Under the pieces are notes generated by a model. The model did no database searches and had not been told where the DNA came from. It saw only the letters and a program-made list of their open reading frames with translations. The position numbers were made by a program, and so were the translations under genes. Below, in pieces: positions 26,701-38,600 of a DNA stretch of 64,000 bases; position 1 is the stretch's first letter, and each line of letters opens with the position of its first letter. This DNA comes from Setoptus koraiensis (lineage: Eukaryota > Animalia > Arthropoda): assembly GCA_048013815.1 (NCBI GenBank), contig CM106585.1:23188001-23252000 (forward strand). Direction: 5' to 3'.

Positions 26701-28709
26701 CTCCGCGCTCAACAGGGTCATCAAACAATTTGAAAAATCAACAAATCGGAAGCGCGAATGACATCGGTTTACCCACTTTAGATGAGTTCCCAGCTCCTCC
26801 TCCTAGAACGAAACTGAGAGGAAAGCTCACTGTATCGGCTTCAGTCGATGGAGTTCTGACACCATCTGTTGCATCTTTTTTGCCACCGCCATCCAAAATG
26901 CAGGCTGTATCTGTATCATTATCAACTCCCACGAAGCCATCGTCAAGTTTTGAACAGACTTCTCGTCATGAAGCACGAAGAAGTTCAAGATCATACAAGT
27001 ATGCACTTTCCAGAAAAGCCCCTAGTCAACCACCATACTCTGAAAGAAGTGTCAATACTTCTACTGAATCTAGTTGGAATGTTACCAGGACATGTGAATT
27101 TACCGATCCTAAAGATATCCTCATAACTGACGTTCAAGAATTGCAAAGCATGGACTTATTTATTTTCAAAAAAATATATCAAATGGACGAACAAAAGAGG
27201 ATATCCTCGAAAGAATCCACTGTAGATGTTGTCTTCAAATATGCACTGAGGGAATTTAGAGCTAATTTATTGAGTACCTACTCAGTTGCAACTCAGGATG
27301 GCCATTTATATATCAGTTACAAGAGTTTGATCGATCATTTTGGTCAGGTGATACTAAATGTTTGTCAGAAGAAAAAAACTTGGAAATCCTTTCCAGTTAT
27401 CATGGGGATCAATGCATTCAGAGGATATCTTGATGAATTCAGAACAATATCCTCCAAAAGAAAATTCAGCGATAAACTATCAAGAGACAGGAAGAAAGAA
27501 AATCGTTTTAAAAGGCGAGTAACTAAACGACAAATGAAAGAAATAGTTGAGAAAGAAGGCCATAAGATGTTTATGACTATTGCCAACATACCCACAGTTT
27601 GTGAAGTGTGCACCACCATAGTTAAACTAGGCACAAAGATACTTGTGTGTAACGATTGCAAATTGACTTGCCATAAGAAATGCCTTGCAAAGGTTGTCGT
27701 ATCTTGCCGTGATAACTCTTTGATACAGCAAGGAAAGAAAGTGTTTGGGGCTTCTCTAGAAAGGTTGGTGTTGGATGATGAACGAGTGCCAGCTGTCCTG
27801 GAACAGTTAATGTCGGCCATTGAAATGAAAGGGCTCTACGTTGAAGGACTTTACAGAAAATCAGCCACCCAATCTAAGATAAACGAATTGAAACAGAGAT
27901 TGGAGGAGGATCGTGTTAACGTAGATCTCGATAGCTACGGTATACATGTTCTTACCGCAGTTTTTAAGTCCTTCTTCAGAGAGATGCCGGAACCTCTGAT
28001 GACATTCCAATTGTATGACGATTTCTTATGGGCAACAGCAATCATGGACCTGCAAGAACGATGTCAAGTCATATTCTCACACATAAACAAACTCAGCAGA
28101 GTTAATTATGACCTCTTAGAAAGATTGACATTCCACCTAGCGCGAGTGGCTCTCGTTGAACATGCAAATCGCATGAGTGCAAGTTCTCTCGCCATTGTTT
28201 TCGCCCCATGTGTGCTCAGAACGGATAAAGTAATGCAAGCCCAAGACAGCTTTGACGATATAAGAAAACAAACAATGTAAGTAGCAAGCACAAAATACGC
28301 CTCACCACTTTATCTGTTGCATATCATCTTACTGATTATCTAACCAAATCTGTTTCAACTATATAACAATAGATGTCTTGAATGTATAATAACCGAGAGG
28401 ATGAAACAAGTTAAGGAGACTCTTGTAGAGATAGATATTCTGGATTGTGCCACACAATCAGCCAAAGCTCAACTCAACAGTATCAGACGCTCTGCTGTCA
28501 ATATAAAAGCAGTCCATCAGGCGGAACAAGTGAATATAGCTAAAGAGGAGGAGGCAAGGCTTACTCAACAGATAGAAAATCTTCAGAGTGAAAAGTCACA
28601 TCTCACCAATATGCTTCCTTCATTTAGAATGGCATCGGCAGGTTCTGATGACGAGATGGTCTTAGCAGGTGATAGTATTGATGATATGTTAGATAGCATG
28701 GGTTCGTGA
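23766..28709 (+). CDS. MYO9: Unconventional myosin IX (motor with loop-2 insert, ~4 IQ, C1, RhoGAP), >=1615 aa
   Basis: join(23766..28276, 28373..28709), 96-nt GT-AG intron. REYPDLCQLPDLTE, P-loop GESGSGKT, class-IX insert MFRWQVLRAFFKA, C1 (H..CEVC..CNDCKLTCHKKC) and RhoGAP GLYRKS are present. The true 5' end may lie on upstream exons (acceptor at 23730-23731). Confidence 0.95.
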
Positions 28710-28730
28710 GAATTTTTTAATTGTAATAAA
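28710..28730. terminator. 21-bp spacer holding candidate poly(A) signals for both convergent genes
   Basis: AATAAA on + at 28725-28730 and ATTAAA on - at 28716-28721, between the MYO9 TGA (28707-28709) and the TYMS TAA (28731-28733). Confidence 0.55.
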
Positions 28731-29597
28731 TTACACCGCCATTTTCATAGAGATAGTATCCTGTGGGTGGTAACCTTCTAGTATAATATCCTTGGAAGTG
28801 AAACTATCTATTTCATGAATGTCTTGGTTCAACTTGATCTTAGGGAAATCGGAAGGTTTTCTTTTGAGCTGTTCTTGAAGAGCTTCTACATGATTGGTGT
28901 AGATATGGGTATCCCCAAACGTGTGCACAAAATCTCCGGGTTTCAGATTAGTCACGTGAGCAATCATGTGTGTCAATAAGGAGTAGCTCGCGATGTTGAA
29001 AGGCACCCCCAAGCCGAGATCTGCAGATCTTTGATACAGTTTGCAAGATAGTTCTCCATCAGACACGTAGAATTGAGCAAGACAATGGCAGGGTGGAAGA
29101 GCCATGAGAGGCAGATCCTTGACGTTCCATGCAGACAAAATGAGCCTCCTGTCATGTGGATTTTTCCTGATATTGTGGATAAGTTCGCTGAGTTGATCCA
29201 CTCCCTTTCCTGTATAATCCGTGTTTTTATCTATATATTCAGCCCCAAAATGTCTCCATTGAAAACCATAGACTGGCCCTAGATCGCCCTCTTGCCTGTG
29301 GCCAAGGTTGAGACTAGCCAAAAATTCTTTTGAACCGTTCGGATCCCAAATGTGAACTCCTTTTCTTGATAGTTCCATTGAGTCAGTAGAGCCTTTGATA
29401 AACCACAGCAACTCCTCAACAATACCCCGCCAAAAGACTTTCTTTGTTGTTAATAAGGGCATCGTTCCCTCTCGTAAATTGAATGTCATTTGAGGACCAA
29501 AGAGAGACAACGTTCCAGTGCCAGTTCTATCCATCTTTGATTTTCCTTGTTCCAAGACCTTCCGAACAAGGTCGAGATATTGATATTCATCTGACAT
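28731..29597 (-). CDS. TYMS: Thymidylate synthase, intronless, 288 aa
   Basis: [32 protein letters not shown], catalytic [25 protein letters not shown] and C-terminal MKMAV. Confidence 0.98.
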   Translation of the reverse strand: MSDEYQYLDLVRKVLEQGKSKMDRTGTGTLSLFGPQMTFNLREGTMPLLTTKKVFWRGIVEELLWFIKGSTDSMELSRKGVHIWDPNGSKEFLASLNLGHRQEGDLGPVYGFQWRHFGAEYIDKNTDYTGKGVDQLSELIHNIRKNPHDRRLILSAWNVKDLPLMALPPCHCLAQFYVSDGELSCKLYQRSADLGLGVPFNIASYSLLTHMIAHVTNLKPGDFVHTFGDTHIYTNHVEALQEQLKRKPSDFPKIKLNQDIHEIDSFTSKDIILEGYHPQDTISMKMAV

Positions 29598-29871
29598 TAT
29601 GTTATATATTAATTAGGCAATCACAACTAATTGGTCCCTTTCGGATCGTCTCAATTGTACAAATAAAGCCAGATTTTTGAAGACACTGAATGAATGGCCA
29701 GATGGCGCTAGTAACCGACGCCATGTGTTATGCTGGAGAGAATATTGTTGTCCTTCATGTCTCATGTGGTCCGACAGTTCTACTGGCCACGTTATTATTC
29801 TCATCTTTTTACAGTTATTTATAATTGTTATCTCATATATTTTTCGATTTATAATCGAATCAAACCTCAGG
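29598..29871. promoter_or_regulatory. Probable bidirectional promoter between TYMS and TIM44
   Basis: Head-to-head ATGs are 274 bp apart. caaacctcag|gATG at 29861-29874 looks like a splice acceptor of a 5'UTR intron. Confidence 0.5.
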
Positions 29872-31137
29872 ATGAGTTCCTTAATCAGGGTAACCTCTGT
29901 TCTTGTGACAAGATCACTTCAGCGAGAATCGGCAGCACTCAGACCCATGGGATACGGAAAAATGAATACGAATGCCATGAAGTTATGCCAGCGTTCCTCT
30001 TATTCAAATTTCAGCAAATTCCTCGAAAATATAAAAAACGACTTGTCCAAAAATAAGGATCTTCAAGAAAATATTGATAAATTCCGTCAAGAGACTCAAA
30101 AATTAGAAGAGAGTGAGGCTCTTCAAAAGGCCAGAGAAAAGTTTCAACGAGTAGAAGAGGAACTGAAAGGCACCCAGCAGGTTCTCGAAAATGTAAAAGA
30201 CACCATCAAGGATAGTGTCAATCAGGCCAAACAGAGCGAAATTGGTAGAAAGACATTAGAGATTGGTGAACAGATAGCAAAACAAGGCGAAAACCTCAAG
30301 CACTCGGCCGCTTTTAAAACTGTTAGTCAAGCCACAAAAACTGTGGGCAAACAACTGGATGAGGCAGAATTAATCGGTAAGGGTCTGTATAAAGCACCAG
30401 AAATATTAATGAAACGCGCCGATAGATCTGTCAGGTCAGCACGACAAGTAGAGCCCAATAATGAGACTATAGATGTTGACTTACACAAAGATTCTAAATG
30501 GTCACAAAGTTGGAAATCTTTCAAAGAGGATAATCCATATATAAATAAAGTATTCGATTTGAAAATGAAATTTGACGAAAGTGACAATCCAGTTGCCCGT
30601 GTGACACGCACAATTGTTGATAAAATTGGAGATAAATTAAGTGGAATGTTCCAAAAGAACGATCTGTCGCAGGTACTAACAGAAATATGCACAATCGACC
30701 CATCATTTGACATTAACCAATTTTTGAGGGAGTGTGAAACAATAATTATACCCACTATATTAGAATCTATGTGTCGAGGCGATTTGGATACATTAAATGA
30801 CTGGTGTCATGAGGCTGTATTCAATGTTCTTTGTGCCCCGCAAAAGCAGGCACAACAATTAGGATATAAAATACACAATAGGATATTAGATTTAGAAAAT
30901 TTAGATTTAGCCTTAGGCAAGATGATGGAACAAGGACCTGTGTTAGTAGTCACATTTCAAGCTCAACAAGTGATCTACATAAAAGATTCTAAAGGCAATA
31001 TTATAGAAGGAGATCCAGATAAGATCATACAAAACTCTTATGTCATGGCCTTTTGTAGAGATCAATCTGATCTAGACCCTGCCACCGCTTGGAGATTGAT
31101 AGACGTAGCAATGCAACAGTCACAATTTTCATTTTGA
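29872..31137 (+). CDS. TIMM44: Mitochondrial import inner membrane translocase subunit TIM44, 421 aa
   Basis: The ORF-track start at 29677 is TTG; ATG 29872 gives a basic, Ser-rich presequence. Motifs LHKDSKWSQSWKSFKEDNP, IDPSFD..FL, GKMMEQGPVLVVTFQAQQ and AWRLID are present. Confidence 0.93.
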   Translation: MSSLIRVTSVLVTRSLQRESAALRPMGYGKMNTNAMKLCQRSSYSNFSKFLENIKNDLSKNKDLQENIDKFRQETQKLEESEALQKAREKFQRVEEELKGTQQVLENVKDTIKDSVNQAKQSEIGRKTLEIGEQIAKQGENLKHSAAFKTVSQATKTVGKQLDEAELIGKGLYKAPEILMKRADRSVRSARQVEPNNETIDVDLHKDSKWSQSWKSFKEDNPYINKVFDLKMKFDESDNPVARVTRTIVDKIGDKLSGMFQKNDLSQVLTEICTIDPSFDINQFLRECETIIIPTILESMCRGDLDTLNDWCHEAVFNVLCAPQKQAQQLGYKIHNRILDLENLDLALGKMMEQGPVLVVTFQAQQVIYIKDSKGNIIEGDPDKIIQNSYVMAFCRDQSDLDPATAWRLIDVAMQQSQFSF

Positions 31138-31372
31138 TTGAGCTTTAATTGTTCGAAACAGCTAGTTGAAATTTCATTGACACTATTAAACTCAAACTTA
31201 ACGAAAATTTCGTGGTCCTGTAAACTTTATTACTTAAAAATGTAACTGATTTGCCATTGGACTACCTGTTATGATAACTTGTATCATGTTTTAGTAACAC
31301 GTCTTGTAATATTGTATTGAATATATTGTATCATAGCACATGACACTTTACAACAGTATTGTCACAGTCCAA

Positions 31373-32833
31373 TCATAAGTGAGCTCCATATTCTGGCTCT
31401 GCACTAACAGATATCGGACGCACTGGTGCCGGTGCAAAGCGTGCTGGTGGAGCAATGTTGTTTCTTGGCAAACGAATTCGTTCCGGTTTGTGGCTAGACT
31501 CGAAAGTTGGCGCTGGTGCGGTTGCAGACGCCCACGAATTATCATCATTGGTTGATGATTGAAGCTTTTGAGTGGTTGCAGTCGGTTGATTTTTGTTATT
31601 AGTTCCTGAATGGGCCATTTGTATACTAGCTGGCATAGTTTCACCTTGTAATCCTGGCTCGTTTGATTTGATGTTAGCTCTGAAGCCGTTAACATCGGCA
31701 ATGTATTCAACGTGTCTGTAAATTCCATTTGCGTCAGTGTAACCATAAGAGCCACGAACAACACCATCTTTGTCACTTTCCTCTTTTCTGTATTGACCAT
31801 TACCTTGATTGTCATCCATCTTGAAATCGAAAGCAAAAGGCTCTGCTTGACCTAATGGAGCCTGTCCATAATCGACCTGCTGTTGTTGTTCAACATATTG
31901 CTCAGACTGTTGCTGATAATCTAATTCCTGTTGTTGAATTAGTGGTGCCGGTCTGGGCGTGGTTGTGGTTGTAGTTGTTGTAGTAGTGGTTGGCCTGTAG
32001 TAGCTGGTCTTGGTCTCGTAATTCTGGGCCCCTTTGGTGCCTTGTTGTCTCAACTGGCTTGGATAGAAGAAGTTTTGTTGTTGTTGTTGATGTTGTTGCA
32101 ATCTCAGCTTGTTGCTCGATCCACCCTTTGTTGCATAATTGGCGCTTGATGATGAAGTGGACCGTAATACATCCATTATTGAAGACGATTCCTCTTGGTA
32201 GTGATGGATGTTAGATGATGACGACGATGAAAGATCGCTAGTAGCAGACTCGGCGGCTATGATATTTCTTGGCGCCTCAGCAGCCGGAACCGGTACTGAT
32301 CCTGCAACAGATAGTATCTCAACCTCACTTTGATTTCCAGCTTCCTGTTTGTTCTTATTGTTGTCATTGGTGACTGCTGTTAGTACTCGTGTTGTAGTTG
32401 ATGTTGACTCCTTGGTCTTTGTTGCGGATTCTTTGTCAGCGAAAGCAGGTGAAACTTTCGCTTTTTGAGCAGTTGTGGCGCTAATTTGATTTGGAGTATT
32501 TGTAATAACAGTTGCTGGACTAGGGGTGGCAGTAGTTGAAATTGGTGTTGATGTTGTGGATGTGGTCGTTGTAGAAGCAGCAATAGTTGTTGAAGTTGAT
32601 GCTGAAGTAGAATTAGATGATAAGGTATCGCGCTTACCAAACGACGCCGATTGCTGTTCTGGTTGAGCAAGACCATCCACTTGTGTTATTGTAACTGATT
32701 TCACCCTAGTTAAATTGGTTGCTGTTGGTGTCGACTTGATCACACGACGCAATATTCTTTGATTTTGCACACTGGCCAAAGATACCAACAGATAGCCACT
32801 AATTAGTAGCACTTTTATTGTATTGATTTGCAT
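31373..32833 (-). CDS. Cuticle protein with Rebers-Riddiford chitin-binding domain and long Ser/Thr/Gln-rich N-terminal region, 486 aa
   Basis: Signal peptide; PFAFDFKMDDNQGNGQYRKEESDKDGVVRGSYGYTDANGIYRHVEYIADVNGFRANIKSNEPG is an R&R consensus of the chelicerate type. Confidence 0.9.
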   Translation of the reverse strand: MQINTIKVLLISGYLLVSLASVQNQRILRRVIKSTPTATNLTRVKSVTITQVDGLAQPEQQSASFGKRDTLSSNSTSASTSTTIAASTTTTSTTSTPISTTATPSPATVITNTPNQISATTAQKAKVSPAFADKESATKTKESTSTTTRVLTAVTNDNNKNKQEAGNQSEVEILSVAGSVPVPAAEAPRNIIAAESATSDLSSSSSSNIHHYQEESSSIMDVLRSTSSSSANYATKGGSSNKLRLQQHQQQQQNFFYPSQLRQQGTKGAQNYETKTSYYRPTTTTTTTTTTTPRPAPLIQQQELDYQQQSEQYVEQQQQVDYGQAPLGQAEPFAFDFKMDDNQGNGQYRKEESDKDGVVRGSYGYTDANGIYRHVEYIADVNGFRANIKSNEPGLQGETMPASIQMAHSGTNNKNQPTATTQKLQSSTNDDNSWASATAPAPTFESSHKPERIRLPRNNIAPPARFAPAPVRPISVSAEPEYGAHL

Positions 32834-35634
32834 CTTGTATTATGTTGTCTGTTATGTATTCTATTTTATTACTTTACTATAGATTAGATTTTTATTCGTT
32901 GTTTTGGATATTGACACTAAACGAGTAAATTGATAATTGTCGATCTTGCTGGCGATTGGCTCTCAATTTATGCATTTGCTCGATTGCATTTTTAATTGTA
33001 CGCGTGAGCCGATGTTGACGAATTCATATCTATACTTAAACTCTTGCACCTTGACTCTCTTCACTTGTTAAGTCGGTCTTCGCAATTTAACTAGACAATG
33101 TATATGAGTGTGTGTTGGTTGAATCGCCTATTGTTTTCCCTATCTAACTGGATATAGATAGATTTATCTGTCTGGCTCCTTCATTCATTAGGCAGAGACA
33201 GAACAACCACAGCAACAACAGCAGCAGCAGCAGCAACAACAGCGGCAACAACAACAACGCCTGCTGAATTTTTGTCGGACGACTCAATGCAAAAATAAGC
33301 AATATGCCATGATAACGTGCACCCAACTTTACTCAACTTTGGATTTAAAAGGAATTTCAATATCATTTCTCTCTGCCTGACTCTCTTCTTTATCATCCCC
33401 CTTGTCAATAGTTGAGATATTCAAATAAGAGCGCATGCGCTCCGTCCCTTCTAGTAGGTAAGTCACCTGTAACGGTTTTTTAGCAGCAGTGATAAGTTGC
33501 GAACATTGAGGTTGATTTGCCATTTGATTTACTAGTAGCAATTTAACTTTTAGTTAGTTCAATTAAGGACGTGGCCGCACCAAAACTTAAACTTTATCTA
33601 GATGTGTTTGTGTTGGCAAACAATATCACTAGAGCCCACTAATGGAGCAACACTGTCCCTTTTTCATTCGAATTGTTTTGTTCTTAGTTAGTAATAATAT
33701 GAGTTACTTATTCACGTTCATTATAAGCAGACATCTCGATAGAAATGTTATTGGTGGTCGCAAATTGCATTATATACAAAAAAGTAAAAACAGTTGCTAC
33801 TGCTACATTTGCCTAATTGAAATTTACAGTTACTTCACTGTTGATTTGAGCTCATTCAATTTAATTCTAATAAGACTAAAGCAACCACGATGACTGAAGA
33901 CGACGGCAGACAAAACGCAAGCCCTGATATGATAACCACGATAAACAAATTAAGCCTACGCAAAACAATACAAGCAATATGCATTTGATGCTTTGAGATG
34001 TAAATTCTTTTCTTTGCACCCTGCGCTAGTTTCTCTCCTATATCTGTTCCGTGATAATGGAATTAAATAAAGTTATCAAGGTCCTTGATTGATTAATAAT
34101 ATTGATGAACTTGTCTGCCTGAGCGTGTGCTGTGACATAATTTCAAGATATCCAACAGTCCAAGATCATTCTGTTGTATGTGCGATTGTTTTGATTGTTC
34201 AAGTGATTGAAATCACACACCAAACAATGACAAACCAAAACAATCTAAATCAAAGTATCATCAACTTGCCTATTCAATAATAAAGTTCAATCCGCTGATA
34301 AAGTGGTCGCATAGCTAGATGTTTGATTAGAGTTCTAATAATAGCCAATACCTACAATACTTTTGTTAGCAATAAAAAGAATGTCAGGCTGGGCAATCCA
34401 CATATACATGTATTCACGAGTTTCAATTTGTAGTTGAAAGCATTTTGGTAAACATTTTAATTGTATTAGTAAGATGAGTGTTTGTATTTGTATGTTATGA
34501 CTATCCACCTAATAACCACGTACTGTATTGATTGTTGAGCATTGAGTGAGTTCAATGAGTGAGTGGGCGACCACTAGATAGTAACACAATTTCTTGGAAT
34601 CAGTCTACTCCACTCCACTCCTCGTTCTCTCTTTCTTTCTGACACCTGACAGAACAATACAATAAAAAATATTACTACATTAGCATCTATGCTATTCAAC
34701 TAGATCTCTCCAACTTCTTCTATTTATCATTAACTTTTCCACTTTTGTATTCACTCATTTGTACACGCTCACTTTCTCACTCGAGCAACACACCAATTAC
34801 ATTAAGGCTAAAAACTAGGCAGAGAAAAAAAGAAAGGATTATTTCCCTCAAAAATAGATTAGTAATTTGCCAGAGATGGATTTAGTTAGCAAAGTAAGCT
34901 GGCCTCTGACTGGCAGTAGTAGCTTACCGCTGTCAAATTATATCTATCTATTCAATCATGTGTTGGTGTAAATTACAATGAACTTATTGTTAGTATCGCC
35001 GTATTAGCACAAAGATGACTCCATCATCTTCTTTATCACCTTGCATACACACAATTCAGTTGTATTGTTTGGTTGAATATATACGAGAAAAAAGTAGGAA
35101 ATATTAATGACACTAGCAGTGTGCTGGTAAGCCCCAAGATGAACATTTGTAACATTTGTTGCTTTAACATGTAAGCGAAGAAGTGGCCTTCTTTGCTATT
35201 TATCACACTCATTTGCATATTACATTACCATAGTAGGTCTTTTCGACAAGTTGCTAAAAGAGCATCAACAATAGTGTTCACAATACATTCACACATAACA
35301 CAAACACTGTAGTCTTGAAATAATCCACGAATCCAATATAACACAGAAAGCACTGAGACAATTGAAATCGCTATCTATACACATAACGTTATATATCGTT
35401 GTTAATGTTATGACTAAATATATCAAACTAAAATGCAACTAGGTGGTTAGATTTGAATTTGATTGACACAAAGACGAAGAAGAAACAAGAACAGAAATAG
35501 TATCATTTCTCAATAGATATTGGTGTTGTGTTTATCATGACCAAGACACAATGTTAATGTATTACATAATACATTATTTGGGGGCGAATCGAATTTTAAT
35601 ATTACATGATCAAAAACATAAACAAAAAATTCTT

Positions 35635-38600
35635 CTAAATTTTATGCAAAACGGCGGGCAAGTTTTTGTGTATCCATTTCATTGGAAAACGAACATTTTG
35701 AAATTTTGTGTTTGAGGTTCTGTAAGCCACCGTAATAGGAAAAAGATGTTTTGTATTCATCAAGAGATCATTGTGTGGTGAATCAGCTTCTGACTTTTGA
35801 TTTAGATAATCTTGTAACTGCTTAATAAAGTCAGTGGAGATTTGTTCCTCATAACTAGATGTATAAAGATTAAGTATTTTGATGATTTGAGATGATCTAA
35901 CAAAACGATAAGAACAATAAGAGAAACACAGTTTAGTCTTACATTCATGTTAGATTAGATTCATAAGAATTCATAAACACACCAGGCTACTCACCTTAAT
36001 TTGTTGCACATCTCCGCTATAGTAACAATGTGCTCGGCAGTTTTTCGAGTTTGTAATAATTTAGTTGATTGTGTTATTGGATCCAATTGTTCAACAATCT
36101 CTTGCCATTTGATCAATTGTTTCTCTCTACACCATTGCTCTAAACATGACAGATTGAAGCGTATTTGAATGGCTTTGTTCCAATGACAGAGGTCTTTACG
36201 TAACAACAATTGATTTAATGATGTTGCGCATATCAAATAAAAAAGTTGCTTATAGATTTGTAATGCTATCTCTTGGTAGACGTTGTAATGATTTATGAGA
36301 TCGTGAATTGTGTTGAGCTCTCTGAGTAAAGCCTCCATGGGTTTATCACTTTGAATAGGGGAGGAAGTGGATTTTCGTCCTTTGTTCAGATCATTGCCAG
36401 GTTGCTGGTCGTCGTCGACTCCTGATGAGGCCAAACCTTCGTGTTCTAGCACTGCTCCAATAATCAGAGGCTGAATTCTAGAATAGATTAGTCGTACTAA
36501 TGCCTGATAGATCATATCAACTAATTCGTCGTACAATAGCCTGAAGTCGCTAAGATCGAAATTCTTCAATGTCTCATCAAACACACCATAGATGCCCTCA
36601 TCACTTGAATACTGTCGTAGATAGTTGACAATCTTACATGAATTGACCAGCCAAACTGTTAATAATTCAACAGAGTCCGATTTCTTTGCTATTTTTTTTA
36701 GATAATTCAACATCTTCGTTAGCAAACTTTGGACTCTAGGTTCATCATTGATGTGATCAATGTAACGTATGCACATGAACAACGCATTTGCTGGTACAGT
36801 TATGTCCTCCATAGTAGGCAAATCACTAACTTCCAAGTGATTAATAATAACATCGACAATGAAATCTTCATCCTCGCTATCGTGGCGCAACATGCCCACT
36901 TGTCGAGGAGGCGCAAAATCTCCACTTGTTGGTCCAGAATCATGAGAACTCGTCAAACTAGACTGATTCAAACTTAGATTCAAGCCAACAAGATCCAACA
37001 ATCTACTCTTACTTTGATTAAGTGATTGCTCCTTCTTGTTATTGTTAATAGTTAAAGATTGTTGGTCGTTATTCGTATATTTAACATTTGATAGCGGCGT
37101 TGAATTTTTAACAGTGACCAATTCACGTTCCATCTCCATCCATTTGTTCTTGTGAGCTTGACATTCTTCAATAAGTTGTTCGATGCGCATATCTTTGTTC
37201 TTCCTTTCTATATCCCATTCTTGCTCTAAGATGTCAAGTTTTTCTAGTAGCTCCTTGACATGACATCTCTCCAATTGAATTTCTTCTATGCGCTCCTCTC
37301 TATCCCTCTTAATATTATCTAATTCCTGGCGTAATAATTGCACTTCGTTTTTGAGTGATTTCAATAGAGATTCCTTTTTATCACTATCTTTCTTGTGTTC
37401 AACATCGTACACTTTTTGATTCTGGCTTGTCTCACTAAGTTTCTGTTGCAATTCAATTATCTTTATCTCTAGACCTCTATTCAATTTCTTCATATGCTCT
37501 ACACTGCGAGCCTCTTGTTTCAGTACTTTGAAAATTCGTTTGGCGGCCCATCGTCTGTAGGCTGATTGAGCAGTAATAATCTTAGATCGATAGGCTAGAT
37601 AATCTCTTCGTTGTTTGTGTCCACGCCAGTGACTTTGAATGACAATAGCAGCTTGCCACTTTTTGATAGCAATCAATTGCTTTCTAGCTAACAAACCTCT
37701 AACTCTTGCTTGTAATCTAATCGTGGCAGTGACGAGTTTGAGATAATTTGCTCTAGCTTTGTGGCAGCGCCACATGGACTGAATTTGAATAGCCGCTCTT
37801 GTTTGTCGCAAATGATTAAAAAGTCGTCTTGCTGCATAGCGCCTGAAATAGCTCTGTATTATTATCGAGGCTCTTCTCTTCTTCTGATATGCTCTTCTAT
37901 TCAACCAGCCTCTTATATGGCGCTGGATGATTGTCGCGTAATGCCTAAGTCTTTGAGCACGTATTCTTTCCAGGAAACTTACTTGGCCAGACCTGAAAAA
38001 AAGTTTAGTCTTACCAAATTGAAATATTGCGTTTACACTACCATGGCGTTCGATTAAACTCTCTTGGTATTCTCTTTCCTCTTTTAGTCGGATATGCGCG
38101 TACAAATCTTGTACATAAACGACTTCGGTAATGGCAGCACAAACTGCCTTTGGGTCAATTGAGGTCAGTGAACTACTCCTTGATTTAACTACAGAATCTT
38201 GATTGTCATTAAGATTAGCTGGATTTTGACGGGATTCAATCAATGATTCGTACTGTTTGTGTCCAACTATGACCACACTGTAACGTCGAGAAAAATCTTT
38301 ATAATTCCATCTTGATGGAAAACCATTAGTGCTAATTCTAATTGTTTCATAGACACCGCAAGCTTTCAATTGTTGGACGGCTCTCTCATCATCAAATTCA
38401 AATGCTGCCTTGCTGTCATTCGGTTTTATGCATCTGATGTAATGTGGTTCAGTTTGATTCAAGATACACATCAACGAAGCTAAAGATTCTCTAAATTGTG
38501 AGCCAACAGTTGCTTTCGATGGCTTACTTGATTTAGTTGGCGTAGTGGCAGGTGATTGAACAGTTGCTACTTTTTTTTTGTTGGCTTGTTTGGTGATTGT

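Noticed and set aside
29696-29712. GGCCAGATGGCGCTA as a CTCF/YY1-like site in the bidirectional promoter
   Set aside because: Only a partial match to either consensus; cannot be supported without data.
29677-29871. 65-aa N-terminal extension of TIM44 in the ORF track
   Set aside because: Starts at TTG, lies in the TYMS/TIM44 promoter gap and looks intron-like; ATG 29872 gives a normal presequence.
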